The notes under the pieces were generated by a model. It was not told where the DNA came from. It was given only the letters and a program-made list of their open reading frames with translations, and did no database searches. 64,000 bases of DNA, from contig CAZAZR010000001.1 of assembly GCA_964489685.1 (NCBI GenBank), forward strand, positions 732 to 64,731. The letters are read 5' to 3'. Source of the DNA: an uncultured Solibacteraceae bacterium (GTDB taxonomy: Bacteria > Acidobacteriota > Vicinamibacteria > Vicinamibacterales > SCN-69-37). A program made the position numbers and the translations under genes. Positions 8,509 to 18,605 of this stretch are shown one piece after another. Every line of letters begins with the position of its first letter. Within the stretch, counting starts at the first letter, position 1.

Positions 8509-10184
8509 GGCCTCAGATCGATGAAGCGCGCGCCGGAGATGAACGCCGCACAGAGCTTCTCGATGGTGGCATCGCCTCCAGGCGCCAGCGCGTCGAAACT
8601 CGTGAGGGCAAACCGCTTGTCGGGCGGATGGAGCAGTGGCAGGCGCACCTCGTGGCGGAAGAACCAGAGGTACGCGAACCGTCTCGCCATTTCGATCGCG
8701 TCTGCATGCATCGTCCCTCTACCGCTACCGTCGGCAAGCAGTTGTCCCATGTGGTCGGCAGATTCGATGTCGAGCGTGAAGCCTTTGCCGCGATACGTGA
8801 CGGCGCCGGCAATCCACGGCGTGATGCCGCGCATGGCCAGCTCCAGGCCAAATCGCGATGCGTAGACGATATTGATGTCGGCCATCTCCGAGAGCGTGTA
8901 CGAGTTGATCGGGTTGTCTCCCTCGACAATGTGAATGTTTGGCAGAAGAGGCTGGAATCGCGCGCGGATCTCAGGTCCGACGGGCGAGCGCGATTGAAGG
9001 TCCGGCGGCACCATCTTTTCGGCCGGATGGGCGCGCACGACAAGGTCGATCTCCGGATGGTGTTTCGCATACCGCACGAGCGCGAAGAGCCACTCGAACA
9101 TGCTCTGGAAACCGACGTCGCGATCGATTACCGCAATGTCCCACGAAGTATTAGTAAAGGCCGCCACCAGTCGAGCGCCCGGGCGCAGTCCCAGTGCGGC
9201 GCGAATTGGCCCTGGTCCGCTGATCGGGTTGGTGTTGTAGGGAAACGGCGTATTCCTGCTGCGCGACCAGAGATCGAGGTGGGCGTCCAGTCTCGACGCT
9301 TCGGCCGGCGTCAGCGCCCGGTCGCGTTCGGTGACCCAGATGTCGTCGAGCGGAATTTCGGTGGCAGGGCGGTCGTGGCTGAACATCAGGCCATCCGGAT
9401 GCGTGGCGGTGCCGTCCCACGTGACCACTCGGATACCGCGCTGTCGGGCGATCTCGACGACGCACGCGGTGTTCAACGTCCGGCCGCTGCAGACGCCCAG
9501 GATGTCGGGTTTCACGTCGGCCAGCCAGCGCTGGGCGATCCATGTGTAGAGAATGCCGCTCACCAGCCAGCGTCTGTAGGCCGGGTCGTGGCTCGGGTCG
9601 AAAACGAACCCGCGGTAGTAGCGCTGCAATTCCCGTCGGGCATATGTGCCGACGGGGACGTCGTCGATGCGTAACGTCGTCAGCGCGTCATCGGGCGTCT
9701 CTCGCACGATCGATTCGGCGCGGTCGAGGTCCGGTGTCGCAATGTACCGGCTTGACCGGGCGTAGGTGAAGCCGAAGGCGTCTTCGTGGCGTGAAAAGGA
9801 TCCGATACAGACCGCGCAGGGAGGTCTGGTCTTCGGTCCAAGGTTGAGTTCGCAGAGCGGCAGAAGGCCGTCGCACAAGATGCCGTGGACGTCATGGCCC
9901 CTGAGGACGAGAGCTTTCGCCAGTCCGTATTCGACAGGGGAAAAGTGGTGCAGGCTGTAAAACGCGACCTTCTTGCGACCGGCGAATGTGGCATTCTGGT
10001 GTATCAGAGCCGCGATTCGGCTCTGCTCGTGCAGCCGAAGCTTGCGCACCGGTCCCGCCCAATCGTAGGTTCCGAGCAGGGTTCGCTTCGCGGCCTTGAG
10101 TTGGAGTTGCAGCACCGTCGGCAGGCGGTACAGCGCCTGGCGCAGGAGCGAGTTGCCCCGCATCACCACATGGCTACCGTTCAT
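8505..10184 (-). CDS. Capsule polysaccharide biosynthesis protein, KpsC/KpsS-like (putative CMP-ulosonic acid transferase)
   Basis: DLVVRAHPAEKM (R/K-x-HP motif) and NSYTLSEMADINIVYASRFGLELAMRGITPWIAGAVTYRGKGFTLD match the Capsule_synth pattern (S-x-G-h-E-A ... G ... Y ... G-h-T-x-D). It is a paralog of the adjacent gene. Confidence 0.65.
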   Translation of the reverse strand: MNGSHVVMRGNSLLRQALYRLPTVLQLQLKAAKRTLLGTYDWAGPVRKLRLHEQSRIAALIHQNATFAGRKKVAFYSLHHFSPVEYGLAKALVLRGHDVHGILCDGLLPLCELNLGPKTRPPCAVCIGSFSRHEDAFGFTYARSSRYIATPDLDRAESIVRETPDDALTTLRIDDVPVGTYARRELQRYYRGFVFDPSHDPAYRRWLVSGILYTWIAQRWLADVKPDILGVCSGRTLNTACVVEIARQRGIRVVTWDGTATHPDGLMFSHDRPATEIPLDDIWVTERDRALTPAEASRLDAHLDLWSRSRNTPFPYNTNPISGPGPIRAALGLRPGARLVAAFTNTSWDIAVIDRDVGFQSMFEWLFALVRYAKHHPEIDLVVRAHPAEKMVPPDLQSRSPVGPEIRARFQPLLPNIHIVEGDNPINSYTLSEMADINIVYASRFGLELAMRGITPWIAGAVTYRGKGFTLDIESADHMGQLLADGSGRGTMHADAIEMARRFAYLWFFRHEVRLPLLHPPDKRFALTSFDALAPGGDATIEKLCAAFISGARFIDLRP

Positions 10185-11889
10185 GGACGGAACTGCCTCC
10201 AGGCTGGGGCATCAGGAAGTCTTCAGCCGACGGATCGCGGAGCCAATCGGTGAACGCGGCGACGCGTGGCTCCAAGCGACAGGCGTCTGTAAGGCTCATG
10301 TCGGTGGCCATCAGTGCCGTGTTTAACGCCGGTTCGAGGGCCAGCGGTCTGAGTACGAACATTCCATACGCGAATCGTTCAGCCAGTTCCCGACGGGCCG
10401 CCGACATGGGCGGGATGTCCTGAATGCGACGCACCCGATCAAGATACTGCTGCGTCGAGTCGGAATCGATGGTGAAACCGCGCCGGTCATATCGGCCCGT
10501 TCCGCCTGTGAGCACCTCAATCCCAAGACTTGCGGCCTCCAGACCCACCGTGCCACGAACCGTCAGGCAGTAGTCCATCACGCCGAACAGGGCGATGGTG
10601 CTGACCCCACTGTCTGGTGGCACAAGCACGACGTGCGACGGCAGCAACCCAAGCTGTTGACGGATGGCGGCGATCTCGATCGAATCGGTTCCATCCTTCA
10701 CCCTCGCGCTCTTGCCCATGTTGACCGGATGTACTCTGACAACCCAGTTCACGCCCGGGTTGTCGCAGGCGGCTCGAACGGTTTCCACAAGCCAGGTCTG
10801 GTAGTCGGCAAAAAGATCCTCGCCCCACGAAAACGACGCGTCCCACGGGACGTGCGGAAAGATGAACGCCGTCCTTCTGGCGGGATCCAGCCCGAAGCGG
10901 GCCCGAAGGTCCTCTGGAGCCACGGCGATGCGAGGGTTCCCCCTGGTGGGGACGCCCCACCAGTCACCCTGTTCGTAACACGCCCGCACTTCGTGCACGA
11001 GTTCCTGCCGATGAGCGGGCGTCCAGGCCATGTGCTGGACCTGTCGCCATGACGCATCCGAAAGGGAGCTTGGGTGCCGATGCTGCGATGTCTGCGAATA
11101 GCGCTTCAACAGCAGGGCGTCACGCCTCGGAGCCCGGTACGCGGCCACCACAGTGCCGCCACGAGCCAGGCTGGCGTCAAACAGTTCCCGCTTCGGGGTG
11201 TATTCCATTTCGTACGAGACCGTCATGGTCGGCGCCAAACGGTCGAGCGCCTCGCCCGCGTGCGTTGCGGCGGCCAGAGCGTCGGCCAGGTGGGAGATCA
11301 GTCGCGGGCCCCGCGCTTCACCGTCGAGGTCGAGCAGTCCGACTTGCGATGAGCGAAGCGTCATTGATAGCGCCGACCGTCCGACGCGCACGCCACGGAA
11401 CTCGAGGCTCAACAGCGCGCGTAGCGACGTGCACTGACGAACCATGGCCTCGGCCTGGCCGAGGAAACGCTCCGCGCCGATCGTGGGCCAGACTTCGATG
11501 ATACTGACACCGGCCAGTTCGTAGTAGGGCCTCAGAAATTCTTCGCTCTTCCTGAGGAGCAGCACCGTGGGGGTGTACCCCGCCTCGCGAAGGAGGGTGA
11601 CAAGCATGACCTGCGCTTCCGGTGAACGACCGATGCGTCCAAAGACGACGGCTGTCTTTCTGTCCTCGGTGCTGGTCCGTACTGCTGCCGATCGGGCCTC
11701 TGCCAAGCGGAGGCCGTGCATGGCGGCGAACTGCTGGAAGTGTCTTTCCTCAGCGACGCGGCGCCGACGGTCGTGCATGGAGACAAAACGGAACAGCCTC
11801 CGCCCCAGTGCGCGGAGCGATCTCACGAAATCGAGCATGCCCGCCGAGGACAGGCGGTTGCGTAGACGCGTGCTTCTGTTCGTCCTCAT
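10174..11889 (-). CDS. Capsule polysaccharide biosynthesis protein, KpsC/KpsS-like paralog
   Basis: NWVVRVHPVNMG and VSTIALFGVMDYCLTVRGTVGLEAASLGIEVLTGGTGRYDRRGFTID align motif-for-motif with the 8505..10184 product. Confidence 0.65.
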   Translation of the reverse strand: MRTNRSTRLRNRLSSAGMLDFVRSLRALGRRLFRFVSMHDRRRRVAEERHFQQFAAMHGLRLAEARSAAVRTSTEDRKTAVVFGRIGRSPEAQVMLVTLLREAGYTPTVLLLRKSEEFLRPYYELAGVSIIEVWPTIGAERFLGQAEAMVRQCTSLRALLSLEFRGVRVGRSALSMTLRSSQVGLLDLDGEARGPRLISHLADALAAATHAGEALDRLAPTMTVSYEMEYTPKRELFDASLARGGTVVAAYRAPRRDALLLKRYSQTSQHRHPSSLSDASWRQVQHMAWTPAHRQELVHEVRACYEQGDWWGVPTRGNPRIAVAPEDLRARFGLDPARRTAFIFPHVPWDASFSWGEDLFADYQTWLVETVRAACDNPGVNWVVRVHPVNMGKSARVKDGTDSIEIAAIRQQLGLLPSHVVLVPPDSGVSTIALFGVMDYCLTVRGTVGLEAASLGIEVLTGGTGRYDRRGFTIDSDSTQQYLDRVRRIQDIPPMSAARRELAERFAYGMFVLRPLALEPALNTALMATDMSLTDACRLEPRVAAFTDWLRDPSAEDFLMPQPGGSSVHER

Positions 11890-11896
11890 CGCCGAC

Positions 11897-13699
11897 TCAC
11901 GAACGCGTCACGAATTGGGCAAAGGCTGAAGAGGTGGCTCGGAGTTCTGCCAGGGCACCGATGGCCGTCACACGGCCTCGGTCGAGCAGTACCACACGGT
12001 CACACGCTTCGAGTGTGGTCAGCCGATGGGCGATGAGCACAACCGTGCGATCACCGCTGAGGGAGCGGATCGCCTCCATGACGGCTTCTTCGGTCATTCC
12101 GTCCAGCGCGCTGGTAGCCTCGTCGAAGACGAGGACAGTGGGCCGCCGATACAGTGCACGGGCGATCCCGATTCGCTGACGCTCACCCCCGCTCAATCGC
12201 ACGCCTCGTTCCCCGACGACCGTGTCATAGCCTCGGGGCAGGTTCTGAATGAACTCGTCAATCTGGGCCAGCCTGGCGGCTTCTTCCACCGCGGCGTGGT
12301 CGATTCGGGCGGGCGGCAGCCCGAAGGCAATGTTTTCTGAGACGCTGACATTCGCGAGAAAAATGTGTTGGGCGACGTAGCCGACCTGGCGTCTCCAAGC
12401 GGACATGGAACCGGGCGAGAGGGGCACGCCATCGACGGTCATCGAACCGGTGTCGGGTTCGAAGAGCCCGAGCAGGATGTCGGCGAGTGTGCTTTTGCCA
12501 GCGCCAGTTCGTCCGATGAGTCCGATGCTTTCTCCTCGCCGGACGTCGAGGGTGATACTGGACAACGCGGGGCGGGAAGCCCCAGGGTACGTGAAGGTCA
12601 CGCCGTTCAGCGAGATTTGCCTGCAAAGAGTGAGGTTGGCAATTTGTTCTACGAGCACGGGCGGCCGGGCTCCGGCCCCGGTCCCGAACCAATCAGCGTG
12701 CAGCGCCGTGAGCGCCGGACGTCCATATCGCACGGAGACTGCGGTCGAGTAGATCTGCTGGAAGCCCGGCAGCAGCCGGTAGCCCACGAAGGAATACAGC
12801 GCCAAAGTCGGAATTGCCGAGGCCGCGCCAGTCTCGCTCTCCCCCAGCAATACCAAGGTCACGATCAGGATGCCGCCGATAGTGATGGTCTCGAGCAGAT
12901 GACGTGGCAGCAACTGCCACAGCCTCTTCTTCACGCTCACTGTCGCTACGCGCTTGGATGCGTCGGCAAAGCGCGAGATGACAGTCTCACGTCGGTCAAG
13001 GACGATCAGCTCCTTGATGCCGCCAAACGCCTCATGGCTGGTTGTCAGGCCATCATGTTCCGCATCACGAGACTCGTCGGCCAGCTGTGCCTGCTGCCGG
13101 CGAGCGAGTCGAAACACCGCGAAATAGGCTCCACCAAGCGTCGTCATTGCGGCGGCTGCGATGGCCGGGCTCTGAGCCGCCAGCAGCGCGATCAGGGCGA
13201 CCACCGCGATCACGCTCGAAACTCCGGACATGAGGGGCAGCAGAATGCCCCCGGTTACGCCTGATACGTCCCTATTGATCGCCCTCATCAGTGACGGCGC
13301 GTCACGCCTGATATGGAATGCGTACGGCGCGAGCAGGAAGCCCCGGAGCAGGCCCGCCGCCAGGCGATGGTGGATCCGTGCTTCGAACCGGTACTGCAGC
13401 CAGGAACTCCAGACCTTCGCGGCGTTTCCGAGCGCCACCATGGCGGCCGAACCGAGCCCAGCCCAGATTACGGTATCTCGCCAGGTGACGGCACCGACCG
13501 TGTCGGCCAACACCTGGAGTGCCGGGTAATTGGTCAAGGCGTCTGAGTTGACCACGAGAGCAATGAACGGCAGGATCGAAGCGACCCCGAGCGCTTGAAG
13601 GCCCGCCGCGATCAATGATGCCAGCAGCACCCATACGAGACGTCGCCGCTCTCTGCCGGACAGCAGATCGAGCAAATGCCGGGCGGCCTCGGTCAACAA
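11897..13699 (-). CDS. ABC exporter, fused permease/ATPase (MsbA-like type I exporter)
   Basis: N-terminal 6-TM region, Walker A GRTGAGKSTL, signature LSGGERQRIGIARAL, and Walker B VLVFDEATSALD. Confidence 0.9.
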   Translation of the reverse strand: MLTEAARHLLDLLSGRERRRLVWVLLASLIAAGLQALGVASILPFIALVVNSDALTNYPALQVLADTVGAVTWRDTVIWAGLGSAAMVALGNAAKVWSSWLQYRFEARIHHRLAAGLLRGFLLAPYAFHIRRDAPSLMRAINRDVSGVTGGILLPLMSGVSSVIAVVALIALLAAQSPAIAAAAMTTLGGAYFAVFRLARRQQAQLADESRDAEHDGLTTSHEAFGGIKELIVLDRRETVISRFADASKRVATVSVKKRLWQLLPRHLLETITIGGILIVTLVLLGESETGAASAIPTLALYSFVGYRLLPGFQQIYSTAVSVRYGRPALTALHADWFGTGAGARPPVLVEQIANLTLCRQISLNGVTFTYPGASRPALSSITLDVRRGESIGLIGRTGAGKSTLADILLGLFEPDTGSMTVDGVPLSPGSMSAWRRQVGYVAQHIFLANVSVSENIAFGLPPARIDHAAVEEAARLAQIDEFIQNLPRGYDTVVGERGVRLSGGERQRIGIARALYRRPTVLVFDEATSALDGMTEEAVMEAIRSLSGDRTVVLIAHRLTTLEACDRVVLLDRGRVTAIGALAELRATSSAFAQFVTRS

Positions 13700-13729
13700 A
13701 GACGTCGGTTTCGGGGCGTCACGCCCAAC

Positions 13730-14932
13730 TTACCGCTCCTTCCAGCGAGTAAGCACCAGGCGCGGCCAGTCCGTGACGGGCCTACCGTGAACGATCGACC
13801 GTACCCTCCGGGATCGAAGCAGCCACTTACGCGCAGCAAGGCCGAGCGTGTCAAAGAGGACCGTCGGCAGAATGTAGGTCACGCGACCAGCAAACATCAA
13901 AAATCCAGGAAAACCTGGACGGCCGCCGGGGCCGAAGTCCTGACGCCGGGCCGGCGCGACGACCAAGCGGGTGTCACTCAAGCCCCAGGTGGCACCGTTC
14001 GGGTTGATCGCGTCGGGCTCAGCAAACGGCAGATTCGGATTAACTTTGCGATGGGTAGACGTTTTTCGAACGCTCCACGGATTGTAGTGCTCGAGATGGT
14101 AAAAATCGTAATTGCACATCTCGCCCAGATCGACCATCGGGTACTTGGTCAGGAGGCGGCGGCTCATGTTGGTCTCCATGGCGTTCATGTAGATCATCCG
14201 CTCATCGTATCCGCCGCATTCATTCCACACGTCCCGACGCAACAGCCAGATTCCAACCGCCGCCTCATAGAAGGGGCTTTTGGAGCGCCAATTCTCCTTC
14301 TTGAGCCACGGCCCGAACCACCGAACGAAGTACTCGACGCTCGAGGGGGACGGGCAGCACGCAGTGAACCTGTAGTTGACGTATTTGACGTTCGAAAACC
14401 CCATCATGAGAGGTTCGGGAATCGGCAGCGTTCCGTCGAGGCAGGCGAAGAAGGTCCGCAGGAACCGTGTTCCGACGAGCGTGTCCTGGTCAATCCTCCC
14501 GATGAACTGACCTGTCGATCGTCTCGCCGCCGCATTCAGGGCAATGACCTCGGCGAATGGGCTGTCACGTTGGAGTTCTGCCGCGAGCGCAGGCGGCACA
14601 TGGACGAACGAGGTCAGGCGGGCTGCCGCCGGACAGAGGTCAAGGACCTCCCGTAGGGGCGCGGAACTTCCCCAATCGCTGACCACTACCTCGATGTCAC
14701 TGGCCCTGCCGATGTCTTCGACATTCTTCGCGACAAAATTCAACGCTGTTTGGAGCCGCCAGCGCGAATCGCCCATGTAGTTGTCATTGCGGGAACAGAG
14801 AATCAGGGAAAGGGCAGGTGTCTTGGCCGAGACCCCCAGATCAGCTTGACCGGGACCCGGATCACCGCTGAAACTGGTATCAACCATTGCTGTGGAATCA
14901 GTGCTGCGCGTTCGAAACGAATCGACGCTCAC
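13730..14932 (-). CDS. Hypothetical protein, possible GT-A-like glycosyltransferase
   Basis: The long ORF has good codon bias. LSLILCSRNDNYMGD...IEVVVSDWGS resembles the N-terminus of GT2-like enzymes, but I do not recognise the rest. Confidence 0.5.
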   Translation of the reverse strand: MSVDSFRTRSTDSTAMVDTSFSGDPGPGQADLGVSAKTPALSLILCSRNDNYMGDSRWRLQTALNFVAKNVEDIGRASDIEVVVSDWGSSAPLREVLDLCPAAARLTSFVHVPPALAAELQRDSPFAEVIALNAAARRSTGQFIGRIDQDTLVGTRFLRTFFACLDGTLPIPEPLMMGFSNVKYVNYRFTACCPSPSSVEYFVRWFGPWLKKENWRSKSPFYEAAVGIWLLRRDVWNECGGYDERMIYMNAMETNMSRRLLTKYPMVDLGEMCNYDFYHLEHYNPWSVRKTSTHRKVNPNLPFAEPDAINPNGATWGLSDTRLVVAPARRQDFGPGGRPGFPGFLMFAGRVTYILPTVLFDTLGLAARKWLLRSRRVRSIVHGRPVTDWPRLVLTRWKER

Positions 14933-15111
14933 TTTTCCGATAATAGCACACGGCTCCCACCCTTCGCGGCACAGAGTGTCGACCGGGCGGTCCTTCGTGC
15001 CCCATCCCGACCATCACAAGATGATCGCAACGCGTACCGCCCCAGCATCCCGCTCAGGTATGCTACGGTGCCTCCCAACGTGGCCGACGTGTTCTGCCTA
15101 TCCGATCGGTA

Positions 15112-16104
15112 ATGCGCGGAAGGCGCTTGGGCGCGATGAACATGGAACAGCGAAGAGCAGCAGGTTCAATCCGGAAGGTCGTATTTGTCGTGACCTCTGA
15201 GGGGGCTGACCGGTTTAGCGCGATGACCCGCATCGCCGCGATGTCGGCTCGATTGAGCAATCCGGGTGTCACGCTGGTGGCAGCCAGTGATCAGGATACC
15301 CACGCCGCCCTGCGCGAAGCGGGGCACCCACTCCCGGAAGAGTTTGATGAGTGGATTGTTGTTGAGACTCCGGCCGGGTCCCCGGCCTTCCGGAATCGAT
15401 TCGTCAAGACCAGTCTTCGCAGCGCGATAGACGGCCCGTTCCTGTACCTGGACAATGACGTGCTTGTGCGAGGCGACCTTGGTGAACTGTTTCACCTGGA
15501 CGTCGATTTGGCGGGTGTCGCGAATCATGCGCTTGACCCGCGGGCGATCTCGCGCGTTGATCGGCACGCACTGGAATCCATGGGATGGGAGCCTCGGCCT
15601 GATGTCTACATCAACGGCGGCGTGATGTTCTTCAACGACTCTCCAGCGACGCGTCGATTTTGCGCCGAGTGGCATCGCCGCTGGTTGCGGTCGTCCAGCG
15701 AGTTGTCACTGCACCAGGACCAGCCGGCTCTCAATTCCACACTGTACGATCTGCAGCCGCGGCTTTCGATCTTGCCGACCCGATTCAACGCCCAGTTCAG
15801 AGCCACCATCGGAGTCATCCCGGGCGCGACGATCTGGCACTACTACTCTTCGATGAAGAAACCGCCGGACACACGGTTTGAGCTCCTTACTGATGAGCTG
15901 GTCAGAGGATCGGAACTGGAGACACGCACGGTCCTTGCCATGATCAGAAGTACTCACCCTTGGCGTCGGGCGACCCCGCTCGACGACCTTGCGGCAGCGC
16001 GGATCCTGGCGCACGGTCGTTTTGACGGTTGGGCAGGGCGATGGCTGCGACGCGCGATCGTGCCAGGAGTGAGGCGTCGCCTCGCCAAGATTGTGGGGCG
16101 GTAG
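15112..16104 (+). CDS. Putative nucleotide-diphospho-sugar glycosyltransferase (GT8-like)
   Basis: FLYLDNDVLVRGDL (DxD) and INGGVMFFNDSPATRRF are typical of GT8/GT-A retaining transferases. It is divergent from the upstream operon. Confidence 0.55.
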   Translation: MRGRRLGAMNMEQRRAAGSIRKVVFVVTSEGADRFSAMTRIAAMSARLSNPGVTLVAASDQDTHAALREAGHPLPEEFDEWIVVETPAGSPAFRNRFVKTSLRSAIDGPFLYLDNDVLVRGDLGELFHLDVDLAGVANHALDPRAISRVDRHALESMGWEPRPDVYINGGVMFFNDSPATRRFCAEWHRRWLRSSSELSLHQDQPALNSTLYDLQPRLSILPTRFNAQFRATIGVIPGATIWHYYSSMKKPPDTRFELLTDELVRGSELETRTVLAMIRSTHPWRRATPLDDLAAARILAHGRFDGWAGRWLRRAIVPGVRRRLAKIVGR

Positions 16105-16193
16105 GGGGCCGGGGCAAACTGCGCCTCAACGCGCGCAGCTCCCTGAGCACTACGCGATGACGCGCTTTAACAGAACCGAAGAGCCGTGGCAAA

Positions 16194-17990
16194 ATGACGG
16201 CGCCGAATGGTTCACTCATGACAGACAAAAAATACGCCGTGATCACCACCTTTCATCAGAAAGGCTACGAAATTTGCGGCCACAAGATGATCAGTTCCTT
16301 TGCCCAGTACTGGCCAAAGGACGTCATGCTGTACGCCTATTGGGAAGAAGAAGAGCCTCGCGACCAGTTCGACAATGTGGTCTACATCGACCTGCTGCGG
16401 TCGTGCCCGGACCTGGTAGCGTTTCGGGAACGGAATCGATCCAACAAGAAAGATCTGAGCAACCCGGTCGCGACTTTTATTGATGATGGGGTGCTCTTTG
16501 CGCAGGCCGGTGACGGCCACAAGTTCGCGGGAATTCGCTGTGCCTATAAGAACTACTGTCTGTTTCATGCTTCAACGGTGTTGGACGTTGACTACATCAT
16601 TTGGTATGACGCTGACATCGTGACCCTGGAGCCGGTCACTCACGAATTCCTGGATGTCCTATGTCCAGATTGGTCAATGACGAGCTATCTGGGCAGGGAG
16701 GAGCTGCCCCATGAACATCATGGAGGCGACACCGAAACTGGTTGGGTTGGGTATAACGCCAGGCACCCGTATTTCAGAGAGTTCATTGATGCCTACAAGG
16801 AAATGTATGACCAGGACAAAATCTACAAACAGAAGTACTACTACGACTGCTACATATACGACCTTGTCAGAAGGCGGATTGAAAAAACATATGGTGTAAA
16901 GAATTTCGATATATCGAAAGCCCATCAGGTGGTCAGTGGGCACCCGTTCAATGATGGCCCCCTTGGAACGAAGCTGGATCACTTGAAGGGGCCTGACAAG
17001 CAGACGCAGATGACGGGCACTGATCAAAAATATCTCATCATACATAATCGCAATGCGGGATTTTTTTCGATCTTCCTGCAGATCGTCAATACGCTCCTAC
17101 TCCTGAACGGCAACGAAGACATCGTTCCAGTCGTACGGTTGGACAGGCCATTCGCCTACACCAGTGAACCGCCGGCAGAGCGATGGCGCGCAAGGCTCAA
17201 GAGGCTTCTGCCATTCATGAGGTCGGGCAGCAGCCAAGACAACACGACCAGGTTCCCAGGCGATCCATGGCACATTTTCTTTAAGGATCTCGTTCCATAC
17301 GGTCGTGGCAGCCTGAAGGCCTCAAAGTCCGTATTTCATACCGAGGCCTACTACCCTCGCGAAATACTTGGGCACTTCCCCGATCTCGACCAGCATACGT
17401 CGCTGCCAAAATTCACCGCCGCACCTTCGCAAGAAGAACGACTGGTCACTTCCCGTGTCATCGGCAGGTTCATTGAGTTGAAACGTGAATACAGAGTGGC
17501 CTTTGATGAGTACCGCGAGCAGAAGTTTTCAGGCCACTACGTCATCGGGGTCAATTACCGCGGCACAGATGCGCGGGCTGATGAGAGGAGATATGTGCCG
17601 ACCTACGAGGCCTATGTGGAGCACATCGACAGGAAGATCGCGCAGTTGGACACCGACAATTACGTGATTTTTGCCACGAGCGACGAGCAAAAATTCATCG
17701 AATTTCTCTCGAGTCGCTACAGAGTGTTGTCGATCGATACAGTCAGGGAGAAAAAGAGCAATGATCTTGCAAAGCAGAGATTTGTCAATGGTTTGAATGC
17801 TCCGATGTATATACAGGCTGACAAGACTGCAGCATTGAGGGGGGCGATCATGGACTACTATCTGTTATGCCACTGCAATTGCCTCATCTACTGCATGGCG
17901 AGTATTCCGTTGGCCGCCATGCTGACGAATCCGAACCTCGAGGGAATCATGGTCAGTAGTTTTCGGATGGTAGAAGAGGATATTCGGTAG
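16194..17990 (+). CDS. Two-domain glycosyltransferase: N-terminal GT-A (DxD) domain plus C-terminal fucosyltransferase-like (GT23/NodZ-like) domain
   Basis: N-terminal half: YIIWYDADIVTLEP (DxD). C-terminal half: HNRNAGFFSIFLQIVNTLLLL, VIGVNYRGTDA (HxRxxD-like motif I), YVIFATSDEQKFIEFL (motif II-like) and IMDYYLLCHCNCLIYCMAS (motif III-like). It is markedly A/T-richer than its flanks. Confidence 0.6.
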   Translation: MTAPNGSLMTDKKYAVITTFHQKGYEICGHKMISSFAQYWPKDVMLYAYWEEEEPRDQFDNVVYIDLLRSCPDLVAFRERNRSNKKDLSNPVATFIDDGVLFAQAGDGHKFAGIRCAYKNYCLFHASTVLDVDYIIWYDADIVTLEPVTHEFLDVLCPDWSMTSYLGREELPHEHHGGDTETGWVGYNARHPYFREFIDAYKEMYDQDKIYKQKYYYDCYIYDLVRRRIEKTYGVKNFDISKAHQVVSGHPFNDGPLGTKLDHLKGPDKQTQMTGTDQKYLIIHNRNAGFFSIFLQIVNTLLLLNGNEDIVPVVRLDRPFAYTSEPPAERWRARLKRLLPFMRSGSSQDNTTRFPGDPWHIFFKDLVPYGRGSLKASKSVFHTEAYYPREILGHFPDLDQHTSLPKFTAAPSQEERLVTSRVIGRFIELKREYRVAFDEYREQKFSGHYVIGVNYRGTDARADERRYVPTYEAYVEHIDRKIAQLDTDNYVIFATSDEQKFIEFLSSRYRVLSIDTVREKKSNDLAKQRFVNGLNAPMYIQADKTAALRGAIMDYYLLCHCNCLIYCMASIPLAAMLTNPNLEGIMVSSFRMVEEDIR

Positions 17991-18036
17991 CGTCGTTCAG
18001 GTCGGAAAGAGACTCGGCCTTCGGCAACTGGCCCTT

Positions 18037-18597
18037 GTGTTCGCTTCGCTTCTGGCGGGCCTTGCGGTGGCGGAAGTCGCACTTGCGGTGGACGGACGCT
18101 ACAACAGCGTGCTCTCACGCGGACTTGTTTCCTCGCCAGCAATCTGGGAGCCGCTCGCAAACGCAACAGAACACGAGCAATACCCCGATCTGGGGTTGCA
18201 GGTTGAGATTCGCTTCGACTCGGAAGGCGTCCGGAACCACGGCAGCGTGAGGACCCACAGGAAGCCCCAGATCATTGGCGTGTTCGGCGATAGCTTTACC
18301 GAGAACAGGCGGATCGACGATCAATTCACGTTCACGTCCGTGCTTGATGGAATTGCCAGAAGGCCCGTCCGGGTCGTGAACTGTGGCGTTGATGGGTACG
18401 GACTGGATCAGGCGCTGAAACTACTTCGCACGTTCGATGGACGGGTCATCTACCTGCGCCAAAACTTCTCGGAGGAAATGGACACGTTTGTGAAGGACGG
18501 TCATTGGAACGAGTATGGCAACCTGCAAATGGCCTCAGTGCTTGCCGGCCTCGACAGCCTGCCGTTTCACGGTGCCATCACTAGACTAGGCCTGTGA
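18037..18597 (+). CDS. SGNH/GDSL-like hydrolase or polysaccharide O-acyl-modifying protein (short)
   Basis: GTG start, N-terminal hydrophobic segment, IIGVFGDSFTEN (GDS block I), GVDGYGLDQ (block II-like), and KDGHWNEYGN (DxHW, AlgJ/AlgX-like block V). Block III is not seen, so it may be internally shortened. Confidence 0.5.
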   Translation: MFASLLAGLAVAEVALAVDGRYNSVLSRGLVSSPAIWEPLANATEHEQYPDLGLQVEIRFDSEGVRNHGSVRTHRKPQIIGVFGDSFTENRRIDDQFTFTSVLDGIARRPVRVVNCGVDGYGLDQALKLLRTFDGRVIYLRQNFSEEMDTFVKDGHWNEYGNLQMASVLAGLDSLPFHGAITRLGL

Positions 18598-18605
18598 ACC
18601 GTCCA

